Virus record (IMG/VR): IMGVR_UViG_3300042894_007218
Reading direction: 5' to 3' (one strand)
From: an uncultured virus (IMG/VR IMGVR_UViG_3300042894_007218)
Taxonomy: Duplodnaviria; Heunggongvirae; Uroviricota; Caudoviricetes
DNA: 46,145 nt
Shown: one piece after another, positions 9,456-17,878 of the stretch
Numbering within the stretch: position 1 is the first letter of the stretch
Layout of the letters: each line of letters starts with the position of its first letter
The notes under the pieces: model-generated
What the model saw: only the letters and a program-made list of their open reading frames with translations
What the model was told of the DNA's origin: nothing
The model's database searches: none
Program-made: the position numbers and the translations under genes

Positions 9456-9536
9456 CGGCAAGTACCGTTGGTGTCTTATACACACTATACACGTAGCGGG
9501 AAGTTGAAAACGTGGGTTCGAATCCCACCTTGCCGA
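9456..9536 (+). tRNA. atypical tRNA-Ile(TAT)-like RNA lacking a canonical D-arm
   Basis: Acceptor cggcaag/cttgccg; T-arm gtggg TTCGAAT cccac; gtgt CT TAT AC acac. Confidence 0.6.
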
Positions 9537-9542
9537 CAAATT

Positions 9543-9616
9543 GGGCCATTGGTGAAGAAGGCTATCATACCTGGTTTGCACCCAGGAGTCACGAGTTCGA
9601 GGCTCGTATGTGTCCA
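9543..9616 (+). tRNA. tRNA-Ala(TGC)
   Basis: cctgg TT TGC AC ccagg; G3:U70 present; 1-nt bulge in acceptor. Confidence 0.85.
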
Positions 9617-9622
9617 CAATTT

Positions 9623-9710
9623 GCAGGTATCGCCTAGTTGGTCGATGGCTCCGGATTTCCAATCCGGTCAGATAAGGTTCACAACGTGGGTTCGAATCCC
9701 ACTACCTGCT
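9623..9710 (+). tRNA. tRNA-Gly(TCC) with enlarged variable region
   Basis: ccgga TT TCC AA tccgg; U73. Confidence 0.85.
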
Positions 9711-9767
9711 CAAACCTTGCCAAGATTGGGGTCGTGAGTATTCTCCACAAAAATTAATATATACTAT

Positions 9768-9950
9768 ATGACAATTTTTAAAAACAAATTAGACGGAAAG
9801 CTCTACACTATTTATAAGAATAGTGATGGAACACTTACTGCATTTCCTTCTGGTAAGGTTGTAGATGAGATGAGTATATTAAAAAATTGTAAGCTCGAAG
9901 ATTTTTTTGTTTACAAAATTGAACAAAATAAAATTAAAGGTTTTATATAA
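9768..9950 (+). CDS. hypothetical protein
   Basis: ORF after AATATATA motif. Confidence 0.6.
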   Translation: MTIFKNKLDGKLYTIYKNSDGTLTAFPSGKVVDEMSILKNCKLEDFFVYKIEQNKIKGFI

Positions 9951-9966
9951 AAAATTAAAAGAAATT

Positions 9967-10098
9967 ATGAAGATAGTAATAGAAGGTGAAATTAAGGGTA
10001 GTAAAGAAAATTTTAGGAATTTGACCACTGATACAAAAATTAAATTTGTATCTAAGCTAATGAAAAATGTAAAAAAAAGAATTAAGTCCAGAAATTAA
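9967..10098 (+). CDS. small hypothetical protein (ATG start MKIVIEGE)
   Basis: ORF followed by terminator hairpin at about 10084-10110. Confidence 0.45.
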   Translation: MKIVIEGEIKGSKENFRNLTTDTKIKFVSKLMKNVKKRIKSRN

Positions 10099-10136
10099 CT
10101 GGACTTTTTTATAAATAGAAAGAAACAAAAAAATTT

Positions 10137-10871
10137 ATGAAAAACTTATTATTATTTATATTTACCTTTATCTCAATCCTATCTTATTCACAAACAATTC
10201 TTTCTTGGAATATTCAGAATTTAGGAGAAACAAAGTATAAAAGAGATTCAGTTATTACACAAATTACAAATGTTATAAAATCTTCTAAAGCAGACATAGT
10301 AGCAATACAAGAAGTAATCACTGGACCTTATGGTGATTCTTGTATTATCAAAATATCTAAACTACTTAATTATAATTATACTATATCTGCTAGAACTACA
10401 GGAGATGGGGCTGAAAGATATGCTTTTCTTTATAAAAAAGATATAACCCTAAACTGGTCAAAGTTAGATGCTAACTTACAAGACTCACTAAATAGAGAAC
10501 CATTTATGGCTTCTTTTAAATACAATAAAAAAGATGTTGTTGTAAGACAAGTTCATTTAGTTCCTACAAGTAAAAATCCTCAACAAGAAGTAGAAGATAT
10601 GTACTGCTATAAAGATGGTATTATTTGTGGTGATTTTAATTTAACTTGTAAACATCTAATCTATATTCCGTTATTGAAAAGTTTCAATTCACCTCTTTGT
10701 GGACAGGGAACTTCTCTAAAAAGAGATGGGACAGTTAGTGAAAACAACTATGACCATTTTTTAGTAGATAAAACTTATAAGATTGTTGAAAGTAAAGTGT
10801 TCATTTATCCGTACAAAGGAAATAGAAATACATTATCTGACCATTTGCCTATACTTATTAAATTAAATTAA
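10137..10871 (+). CDS. endonuclease/exonuclease/phosphatase (DNase I-like) family protein with signal peptide
   Basis: SWNIQN, DIVAIQEV, ERYAFLY, GDFN, YDH, SDHLP motifs. Confidence 0.9.
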   Translation: MKNLLLFIFTFISILSYSQTILSWNIQNLGETKYKRDSVITQITNVIKSSKADIVAIQEVITGPYGDSCIIKISKLLNYNYTISARTTGDGAERYAFLYKKDITLNWSKLDANLQDSLNREPFMASFKYNKKDVVVRQVHLVPTSKNPQQEVEDMYCYKDGIICGDFNLTCKHLIYIPLLKSFNSPLCGQGTSLKRDGTVSENNYDHFLVDKTYKIVESKVFIYPYKGNRNTLSDHLPILIKLN

Positions 10872-10882
10872 TATATACTCCT

Positions 10883-11446
10883 ATGAAGTATCTAAAGAGA
10901 TTTAACGAAAATATATCAGTTTATGATCCTAAATGGGAAGAATTGCTTCCTGATACTATTACTGTTTTGAAAGGTCAAGACCACGGTATAGATAAGTGGG
11001 TATATAGTAAGGGGAATATTATGTTAAACTCCGATATGTTACAAATAACATATGATATAGATGCTGATATGGCACCTGATACATTAGAAATAGATATCTA
11101 TATGGTAAGAGATACTGCTTTTGATAAAAGCGGTGATTCTACGACTGTTGTAAAATCTGGCACTTTTGAATATGATGATAACATAGGAGAAAAATTGCCA
11201 AATTTAAGACTTACTGTAGACATCACTTTTGGTGATGAGATGGCATGTGAATTTACAATTGATAAAGTTAATGGTGTAAGACTATTTCAAGATACCACTT
11301 ATGGTTCTAAATTTGATCCTTCGAATACCATTTTTGCGCTAAGTGATGAAAGTCTGAAAAAATTTGTTGATTTTTTAAATAGATTCAATCACGGTGTCAA
11401 TCTAAAATTAGATGATTTCAATTTTTTAAAACAAAATAAAAATTAA
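10883..11446 (+). CDS. hypothetical protein, paralog of 26148-26909
   Basis: MKYLKRFNE motif; blocks shared with 26148-26909. Confidence 0.8.
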   Translation: MKYLKRFNENISVYDPKWEELLPDTITVLKGQDHGIDKWVYSKGNIMLNSDMLQITYDIDADMAPDTLEIDIYMVRDTAFDKSGDSTTVVKSGTFEYDDNIGEKLPNLRLTVDITFGDEMACEFTIDKVNGVRLFQDTTYGSKFDPSNTIFALSDESLKKFVDFLNRFNHGVNLKLDDFNFLKQNKN

Positions 11447-11457
11447 TCCTATAAAGC

Positions 11458-11580
11458 ATGAATAGATTTATTGAGATAGTATCTGAATATCCATTTACTT
11501 GTTTGTGGCTATCAGTAATTATTATTTCTATTATTTCTATGATAAGTGAATCAATTAAGAAACGTAAAAATAGAGATTAA
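11458..11580 (+). CDS. small single-pass membrane protein (40 aa)
   Basis: Fills the gap; hydrophobic core plus basic tail; stop overlaps the next ATG. Confidence 0.55.
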   Translation: MNRFIEIVSEYPFTCLWLSVIIISIISMISESIKKRKNRD

Positions 11581-12236
11581 TGGAATTATTTCATTTCGAT
11601 ATTGAAACCGCTGGAAAATGGCGAGATTTTGATGAATTTGTGGAAAACGATAAAAGAGGATCTGACCTATTTAAATCTAAATGGGAAAGAATGAGATGGT
11701 CTGAAAAGTATAAAGACCTAAATGAAGCTTATTTAGATAATTCTGGTATCATATCAGCTTATGGAAGGATTGTTTGTATCTCTTTTGGGTATATTGACAA
11801 TGATGGTCAAAAAAGAATTTCTTCATTCTATGGTGATGATGAAAAAGATATTGTTGAATCATTTAACAATTTACTATCTAAGATAGAAAAAAAAGCTTTC
11901 AATCTTTCTGGTTTTAGAATAAATCATTTTGATATTCCTTGGGTTTTACACAAGTGTCACAAATATGGCATTAAACCCGCCAATATTATTTATGTATATG
12001 ATAAAAAACCCTGGGATATGAGAATTACAGATATGTCTGATGATTGGAGGCAAAAGTTTGCTTGGGCGTTCTCATTTGATGAAATGTGTTATGAATTAGG
12101 TGTAGATTCTCCAAAGCAAGAAATGAATGGTTCTGAAGTTCATAAGTGTTTTTGGAATGGTGAATTAGATAAAATAAAGAGATATTGTGAAAGTGACGTA
12201 TCTGCTTCTATTGATGTTTCTTTAAAGTTATATTAA
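11580..12236 (+). CDS. DEDD 3'-5' exonuclease (PolB-proofreading-like)
   Basis: FDIET, N.FDIP, YCESDV motifs. Confidence 0.85.
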   Translation: MELFHFDIETAGKWRDFDEFVENDKRGSDLFKSKWERMRWSEKYKDLNEAYLDNSGIISAYGRIVCISFGYIDNDGQKRISSFYGDDEKDIVESFNNLLSKIEKKAFNLSGFRINHFDIPWVLHKCHKYGIKPANIIYVYDKKPWDMRITDMSDDWRQKFAWAFSFDEMCYELGVDSPKQEMNGSEVHKCFWNGELDKIKRYCESDVSASIDVSLKLY

Positions 12237-12282
12237 ACATCCGGTGTCTATACAAATATATACTTGTAAATTATAATATATT

Positions 12283-12453
12283 ATGCCAGCAAAAGATAAA
12301 ATGTTTTCTATTAGAATTCCGGAAAAACTTCTTAATGAATATAGAGAATTCTGTGAAGAAAACTCAATTAATATTTCTTCTAGATTAAGAAAGTTTATTG
12401 AAAGAGACTTAGAAAATTGGAGAGCTAAAAAAATTCAACAAAAGAAAAATTAA
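12283..12453 (+). CDS. ribbon-helix-helix DNA-binding protein (56 aa; not in ORF track)
   Basis: MPAKDKMFSIRIPEKLLNEYREFCEENSINISSRLRKFIE is a CopG/Arc-like pattern. Confidence 0.7.
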   Translation: MPAKDKMFSIRIPEKLLNEYREFCEENSINISSRLRKFIERDLENWRAKKIQQKKN

Positions 12454-12461
12454 TTTAAACA

Positions 12462-12488
12462 AAAAAACCCTCGATTATGAGGGTTTTT
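12462..12488. terminator. bidirectional terminator
   Basis: AAAAACCCTC/GAGGGTTTTT between convergent genes. Confidence 0.8.
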
Positions 12489-12490
12489 AT

Positions 12491-13591
12491 TTATGTAAGA
12501 ATTGATGTAATTGCTTGTTTTCTTATCTCCGTCATCTGAACACCTTGCTCTAATCCTTTTAGGAATATTTGTGCCACTTCAGATAATCCAACTAAGTGTG
12601 AGATGCTAGACCAAATTCCCCAACTAGCAAGTCCAATCATGAATGCTGCATAAATAATATTGGCTATTTTTTCTCTAAATTTCTCATTTCTTAATTTACT
12701 GCTTGGTTTTGATACAGCACCTAAACCTTTTAATACGGCTCTTATTGGCGATGTATATAAACTGTGTAGTTGATGACCTTTTTCTTTTAACCAGTTTCCA
12801 AAATCTGAGCCAAATAATTTATCTCTATATTTTTTCAGTCTACCAATCTCCATATCTATCACCTCTTTACTAATTTTTGGATTACCCTTAGAGTTCTTAT
12901 TGGCTGCTTCTTTTTCAGCCTTTTTCTTAAGTTCTTCTTCTGGTACAACTCTATCACCTTTATCTATTCCACCAAGTTCTCCAAGTGGTTTATGTTCATG
13001 TGGTTGGTGGTCAAATTCTAATTCGGTATTTCCTAACGATTTAGCTAAATTATTAGAAACTTCAAACCAGTTATTATCAAAATAAGCGTTTCCTAAAAAC
13101 CTTACCTGTATTTTTTTTCCATCAGCAATACTTTTCTTCATTTTTTTATAAGTTGATATTGCTTCATTCAACATCTTAAGATTTTTCATAGCTTTATCAT
13201 CTAAGTTGATACCAAATTTTCTTTTTAGAAAATTAGCACCACTACCAACTGCTTCCAAACAAGCGGGTATCAATGAAGCTATAGTAATTGCTAATAAAAT
13301 TCCGGCTTCTTCATTGGTTTTTTTATCTTCACTTTGTTCTTGTTCTTTATCACTAACTGGTTTGTCTAAATCAATTTTGCCTTTTGTTTCCGGAAAATGT
13401 TTTGCAATTAAATCTTCAATTTTTTTCTTTTCTTCTTCAGGCATTTCTTCTATAATTTCTTCTTCTGATTGTGCTTGTTTAGGAGCTATTGATGAAACTT
13501 CATCAGCCTCGAATAAAAATCCAATTTCTTCAAGTAGTAGTTCTAAACTTCTAGATTCATGAAACTTTTGATATTCTTTAATAATTTTCAT
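12491..13591 (-). CDS. hypothetical protein with hydrophobic segments and MKIIKEYQKFHES motif
   Basis: 366-aa ORF. Confidence 0.8.
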   Translation of the reverse strand: MKIIKEYQKFHESRSLELLLEEIGFLFEADEVSSIAPKQAQSEEEIIEEMPEEEKKKIEDLIAKHFPETKGKIDLDKPVSDKEQEQSEDKKTNEEAGILLAITIASLIPACLEAVGSGANFLKRKFGINLDDKAMKNLKMLNEAISTYKKMKKSIADGKKIQVRFLGNAYFDNNWFEVSNNLAKSLGNTELEFDHQPHEHKPLGELGGIDKGDRVVPEEELKKKAEKEAANKNSKGNPKISKEVIDMEIGRLKKYRDKLFGSDFGNWLKEKGHQLHSLYTSPIRAVLKGLGAVSKPSSKLRNEKFREKIANIIYAAFMIGLASWGIWSSISHLVGLSEVAQIFLKGLEQGVQMTEIRKQAITSILT

Positions 13592-13640
13592 TATTTTAGT
13601 TTTATTTTTTTAATATATATTAAAACTTTAAACCTAAAAA

Positions 13641-14072
13641 ATGAAATATATTGCTAAATTTGAAAATATATCTATGTCAAAAAACAGAGTTGATGAGATA
13701 GAAATCGAACAAAATGTAGAAAAGTATTTGAGTGGTTTGTCAGATTACGATATTAACAAACTTAAAATTGATTTAGAGATTTTGGCAAAAAAACACAATC
13801 TTAATTTTGATGACTTACAGGATCCTGAAATAGTTAAGCAAATACTTACAAATACAAATGAGAGTTTCAAATCTTGGTTGGCTGATAATTGGTATTACTT
13901 AGTTGATAAAATAAGCAAATATGGTAATATATTTGCTGCTGTAACTTTTGTAGGTACTATGTTATCTCATTATTTGACTGGTAATGAATCTTTGACTGGT
14001 GTAAAAGTAGCTGTTGTTGCATACACAATATCAAGCATAGTTGGTCTTCTTAAAAAATTAAAAGAAGAATAA
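13641..14072 (+). CDS. hypothetical membrane protein (MKYIAKFEN motif)
   Basis: Two C-terminal hydrophobic helices. Confidence 0.75.
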   Translation: MKYIAKFENISMSKNRVDEIEIEQNVEKYLSGLSDYDINKLKIDLEILAKKHNLNFDDLQDPEIVKQILTNTNESFKSWLADNWYYLVDKISKYGNIFAAVTFVGTMLSHYLTGNESLTGVKVAVVAYTISSIVGLLKKLKEE

Positions 14073-14093
14073 AGCAAAATAATTTCAACAAAA

Positions 14094-14125
14094 TTTGGTA
14101 GAACTGAAACTTTTATCTAATTTTG
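14094..14125 (+). promoter_or_regulatory. Bacteroidota-type promoter for leader 4
   Basis: TTTG-N20-TAATTTTG. Confidence 0.75.
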
Positions 14126-14183
14126 TATAAAATAATGACAAAAAATTAAAAAGAAAGATTTAACTTTCAATATATACAAAACA

Positions 14184-14300
14184 ATGAAAACGAATTTGAC
14201 AAATATGACGATGAACCTAACACTCAATGTGGTGAATATTACGTTATGTAATATTAGAACTTCTGAGGGTTCCTTCCTATTTAGTAAATTTGTCTTATAA
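14184..14300 (+). CDS. attenuator leader peptide 4 (MKTNLTNMTMNLTLNVVNITLCNIRTSEGSFLFSKFVL)
   Basis: Codons 3-26 are only T/N/L/M/V/I/C/R, matching the downstream tRNAs; antiterminator 14262-14272. Confidence 0.88.
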   Translation: MKTNLTNMTMNLTLNVVNITLCNIRTSEGSFLFSKFVL

Positions 14301-14328
14301 AGTGTAAATTTATAACTAAATATAAAAG

Positions 14329-14365
14329 AACCCTCGGATAGAAAAATCTGAGGGTTTTTTGTTTT
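14329..14365 (+). terminator. intrinsic terminator (attenuator 4)
   Basis: AACCCTCGGAT/ATCTGAGGGTT plus T-run. Confidence 0.9.
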
Positions 14366-14370
14366 ATACT

Positions 14371-14442
14371 GGAGTAGTAGCTTAATGGTGAAGCAATCGG
14401 CTGTTAACCGATAGATTACAGGTTCGAGTCCTGTCTACTCCG
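14371..14442 (+). tRNA. tRNA-Asn(GTT)
   Basis: atcgg CT GTT AA ccgat. Confidence 0.95.
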
Positions 14443-14448
14443 CTAAAT

Positions 14449-14521
14449 AGTCTCCTCGTTCAACTGGACAGGACATCGCTCTTCTAAAGCGAGGATATGG
14501 GTTCGAATCCCGTGGAGACTA
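14449..14521 (+). tRNA. tRNA-Arg(TCT)
   Basis: tcgct CT TCT AA agcga. Confidence 0.9.
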
Positions 14522-14527
14522 CTAATT

Positions 14528-14598
14528 ACTCTGATGGCGTAAAGGTAGCGTATCTCTTTTACATGGAGAAGGCAGTGGTTCGATACCACTTCGGAGTA
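14528..14598 (+). tRNA. tRNA-Val(TAC)
   Basis: tctct TT TAC AT ggaga. Confidence 0.9.
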
Positions 14599-14606
14599 CA
14601 AAAAAT

Positions 14607-14681
14607 TGGAATATAGCTCAGTTGGTTTAGAGCGCCGATCTGATACGTCGGAGGTCACTGGTTCGAGCCCAGTTATTCCAA
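14607..14681 (+). tRNA. tRNA-Ile(GAT)
   Basis: ccgat CT GAT AC gtcgg. Confidence 0.95.
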
Positions 14682-14688
14682 CAAACAG

Positions 14689-14771
14689 GCACCTGTGGTC
14701 GAGTGGAGTAGAAATACGGAAGGCACTGGATTGCAAACCCAGTCACGGGGGTTCAAGTCCCTCCAGGTGCT
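14689..14771 (+). tRNA. tRNA-Cys(GCA) with enlarged D-loop
   Basis: ctgga TT GCA AA cccag; U73. Confidence 0.85.
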
Positions 14772-14778
14772 CAAATAT

Positions 14779-14850
14779 GCTGATGTCGTATAATGGTCAT
14801 TACATTGCCTTTGTAACGCAAATATGTGGGTTCGACTCCCTCCATCAGCT
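14779..14850 (+). tRNA. tRNA-Thr(TGT)
   Basis: ttgcc TT TGT AA cgcaa. Confidence 0.85.
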
Positions 14851-14856
14851 CTAAAA

Positions 14857-14928
14857 TGTCTCGTAGTTTAATGGGAAAACGTTACCTTGACATGGTAAAG
14901 AGAGTGGGATCGTTACCCACCGAGACAA
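14857..14928 (+). tRNA. tRNA-Val(GAC)
   Basis: ttacc TT GAC AT ggtaa. Confidence 0.85.
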
Positions 14929-14953
14929 CAAAATAATGGATGGTGATTGAAAG

Positions 14954-15024
14954 AGTTACTTCGTTTAATGGAAAAACAATTGACTTCTAATCAATCTACA
15001 CTGGTTCGATTCCAGTAGTATATT
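14954..15024 (+). tRNA. tRNA-Arg(TCT)-like element with broken acceptor stem
   Basis: attga CT TCT AA tcaat; good D and T arms; only about 4 acceptor pairs. Confidence 0.55.
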
Positions 15025-15056
15025 ACTCTTCAAAGCTTTCCTCCGTTATTTTATTT

Positions 15057-15139
15057 GCCTTGGTGGTGAAATTGGTAGCACACGCCAGATTTAGGATCTG
15101 GTGCCGAAAGGCGTGAGAGTTCGAGTCTCTCTCAAGGTA
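15057..15139 (+). tRNA. tRNA-Leu(TAG)
   Basis: ccaga TT TAG GA tctgg; long variable arm. Confidence 0.95.
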
Positions 15140-15145
15140 CAAAAT

Positions 15146-15231
15146 GCTCCTGTGGCGAAATTGGCAGCACGCGTTGGACTTAAAATCCAATGGTCATAGT
15201 GACCGTGCCGGTTCGAGTCCGGCCAGGAGTA
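15146..15231 (+). tRNA. tRNA-Leu(TAA)
   Basis: ttgga CT TAA AA tccaa; long variable arm. Confidence 0.95.
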
Positions 15232-15265
15232 CAAAATTAATATATAATCAAAAAAGAAAAGTATT

Positions 15266-15592
15266 ATGACTATAGAAATTACAGATCAAAACTTTAATGA
15301 AATGATTAAAAGCTCAGATAAATTGATTTTAGTAGACTTTTGGGCATCTTGGTGTAATCCATGTAAAGCTTTAGCTCCTGCTTTAGAAGATGCTTCAAAT
15401 GATTTAGAAGAAAAAATTGTTGTTTATAAAATAAATATTGATGAAAATCCGGATTCTCCTCAGAGATATGGTGTTAGAGGAATACCTACTATTTTATTCT
15501 TTAAATCAGGTGAAGTAGTAGATAGACAAGTAGGAGTTTTATCAAAATCAAAACTCTATGAAAAAATAGAAAGTGTTTTTTTTAGTCATTAA
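15266..15592 (+). CDS. trxA: thioredoxin
   Basis: VDFWASWCNPCK, GIPT motifs. Confidence 0.95.
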   Translation: MTIEITDQNFNEMIKSSDKLILVDFWASWCNPCKALAPALEDASNDLEEKIVVYKINIDENPDSPQRYGVRGIPTILFFKSGEVVDRQVGVLSKSKLYEKIESVFFSH

Positions 15593-15598
15593 ACAAAA

Positions 15599-15668
15599 AC
15601 CGTGGCTTAGTGGAAAAGAATCTACTCTCATAAGGTGGGTTAAGTGAGTTCGAACCTCATACACGGTA
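15599..15668 (+). tRNA. tRNA(CAT), elongator Met-like, compact/atypical
   Basis: accgtg/cacggt acceptor; ctact CT CAT AA ggtgg; gtgag TTCGAAC ctcat. Confidence 0.6.
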
Positions 15669-16238
15669 CTATCTTAGTATTGTAACGTGACCGGTTATTA
15701 GTTTTTTTCCATCATCGTCAATCATATCTAATTTCATTATCCAAGAATATGTTCCATCCGGAACTAAAACGCCATTGTATGTACCATCCCATTTTGAATT
15801 AACATCATGTGATTGCCATATAATTGCACCCCATCTATTGTATATTGTTAATTCAAAATTATCAGTAGATATACCACTTGTTAATACCGGTCCCCACATT
15901 TGATTGAATTCATTTCCATCTGGTGTAAATGAATTAGGAACCCAAAATATTAACGGATCACATTGAGTTACAATAACGTCTAAGACTTGTGGATTTCCAG
16001 GACATCCTATATCATTATAACCAATTGCAACTATTTGATATTCTCCTGGTTCATCATAAGTAATACTAATATCTAATCCATTACCAATTTGAGAACCATT
16101 TAGAAACCATGTTACAGTACCATTTACATCAATGGTTGTTGTATATGTAAAAGTGTTTGGTTCTTCACATATCTCAAACTCCTGTTGAGCATGGTATCTA
16201 AATGTTAATAGTAAAAATAATATTAATATAACTCTCAT
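15669..16238 (-). CDS. secreted protein with T9SS type B (gliding-motility-associated) C-terminal domain
   Basis: Signal peptide; VPNSFTPDGN..., IYNRWG, WDGTYNG, DGTY motifs. Confidence 0.9.
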   Translation of the reverse strand: MRVILILFLLLTFRYHAQQEFEICEEPNTFTYTTTIDVNGTVTWFLNGSQIGNGLDISITYDEPGEYQIVAIGYNDIGCPGNPQVLDVIVTQCDPLIFWVPNSFTPDGNEFNQMWGPVLTSGISTDNFELTIYNRWGAIIWQSHDVNSKWDGTYNGVLVPDGTYSWIMKLDMIDDDGKKLITGHVTILR

Positions 16239-16239
16239 C

Positions 16240-16806
16240 TTAATTATGTTGTATTGGTGTTAATGTTGGTTGTGGAGAAACTCCTGTATTTGAAGTTGCT
16301 GTAAAAGTACATCCTCCATTTGTATAAGTGTATGTAATAGTTGATGCCCCTGGTCCTGCTGTTTGTGGACAGAATTGGCCATTAACTACTCCATTTCCTG
16401 ACCAAACACCACCAGCTGGTAATCCAGATAACGCAACACACGGATCTGTTACACAGAAAGGTCCAATCGGTGTGATTGATGGAGCGACTTGATAAATAAG
16501 AACATTTAAGTTTACTGCTGGTGATGGACAACCAGCCTGTGAAGTGTAAATAACACTAACTGCATTATTAATTAATCCCGGAGGACAGTTTGACCAGTTG
16601 ACTTGAATTGAGTTTGTGCCCTGTCCTGATGTAATTGTTGCACAAGCAGGAACTGTCCAAGTATAAGTTCCAGCGCCAATTGAAGTTACTTGATACTGAG
16701 AAAGAGATTGTGACTGATAACAAACAGTGTCTGGATTTGTAGTCACAAGCTGACCAAATACAGCCGTGTTTAAGAGAATAAAGAATAATAAAAACAGTTT
16801 TTTCAT
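16240..16806 (-). CDS. secreted PKD/Ig-like domain protein
   Basis: Signal peptide; YTWTV...GQGTNSIQVNW; ends PIQHN. Confidence 0.8.
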   Translation of the reverse strand: MKKLFLLFFILLNTAVFGQLVTTNPDTVCYQSQSLSQYQVTSIGAGTYTWTVPACATITSGQGTNSIQVNWSNCPPGLINNAVSVIYTSQAGCPSPAVNLNVLIYQVAPSITPIGPFCVTDPCVALSGLPAGGVWSGNGVVNGQFCPQTAGPGASTITYTYTNGGCTFTATSNTGVSPQPTLTPIQHN

Positions 16807-16825
16807 TTTTAATTTTTAATTTTTA

Positions 16826-17878
16826 TTAGTTGTGGCTAATTGGGCCTAAAACTATTTGAGGTGGTTGTGTTATAGTGACACTTCCAGTAGCTGTACATCC
16901 GTTTAGATTAACAGTTACTGTATATGTTCCTGGACAAAGATTACTTATTGATTGAGTTGTTGCACCATTTGACCATAGATATGTCGCTCCTGGGTAATTG
17001 GCATTTGCTGTTCCATTACAAAGACCAAAACAAGTTACATTTGTAAATGTTGGATTAACTACAATATTAACAGGTGTCCAAGTTATTGTAGCATAACCAT
17101 TGCCTGAATTATTTGAAGCAAGACAAGTTCCACCCGGTGGCACCAACGATGATCCTCCGCCGCCTCCGCCGCCTCCATTAGACCCGGTGCAACAACCGTC
17201 GTTTCCACCACCGCCTCCGCCATAGTATCCACCACCACCGCCTCCACCAGAAGCGGTTTGCCAAAATCCACCATTACCACCTTGGTTTAATGTTCCTGTT
17301 TGTCCACCAGGGGGAGTTCCTGCCCAGGGGGCGCCTCCTAATCCACCAGCTACTTGAGTACCTCCACCTCCACCTGCACCGAACGTTGATGTACCTGGTG
17401 CGCCGTTTGTGCAGTTAGCTGGTCCGCCTGCAACTGAATTTGATCCTCCACTTTTTCCACCACCTCCGCCACCAACAATTACTCTGTTTGCAAGTGCAGT
17501 TCCACCAATTCTAATATCAGTTGCGCCACCACCACCACAAGAGTTGTAAGCCACATTTGCTGGATTAGAGGCATAACCTGTGCCACCGCCATTCCATCCA
17601 CCTGAATTATTTCCACAGGAACCTTGGCCACCTACATAGATATTTAAAGTTTGACCTGGTGTGACATTAAGTGTTGCTGAAATTCTAGCACCGTTTCCGC
17701 CATTTGCGCCGCCACCTTTAGCCCCAGCGACAACAACATTTATAGAAGTAACACACGGTGGTACTACCCAAGTTTGTAACGATCCGGTATAGTTAAAGTT
17801 AACAGTTTGAGTTTGTGAATATAAATAGTTGAATATAGAACTCAGAAACAATAAAGTTAGTAATCTAAGTTTAATCAT
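16826..17878 (-). CDS. secreted glycine-rich domain protein with SprB-like repeat
   Basis: FNYTGSLQTWVVP, GGGGATDIR, poly-G tracts; YLWSNGATTQSISNLCPGTYTVTV; ends PISHN. Confidence 0.85.
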   Translation of the reverse strand: MIKLRLLTLLFLSSIFNYLYSQTQTVNFNYTGSLQTWVVPPCVTSINVVVAGAKGGGANGGNGARISATLNVTPGQTLNIYVGGQGSCGNNSGGWNGGGTGYASNPANVAYNSCGGGGATDIRIGGTALANRVIVGGGGGGKSGGSNSVAGGPANCTNGAPGTSTFGAGGGGGTQVAGGLGGAPWAGTPPGGQTGTLNQGGNGGFWQTASGGGGGGGYYGGGGGGNDGCCTGSNGGGGGGGGSSLVPPGGTCLASNNSGNGYATITWTPVNIVVNPTFTNVTCFGLCNGTANANYPGATYLWSNGATTQSISNLCPGTYTVTVNLNGCTATGSVTITQPPQIVLGPISHN

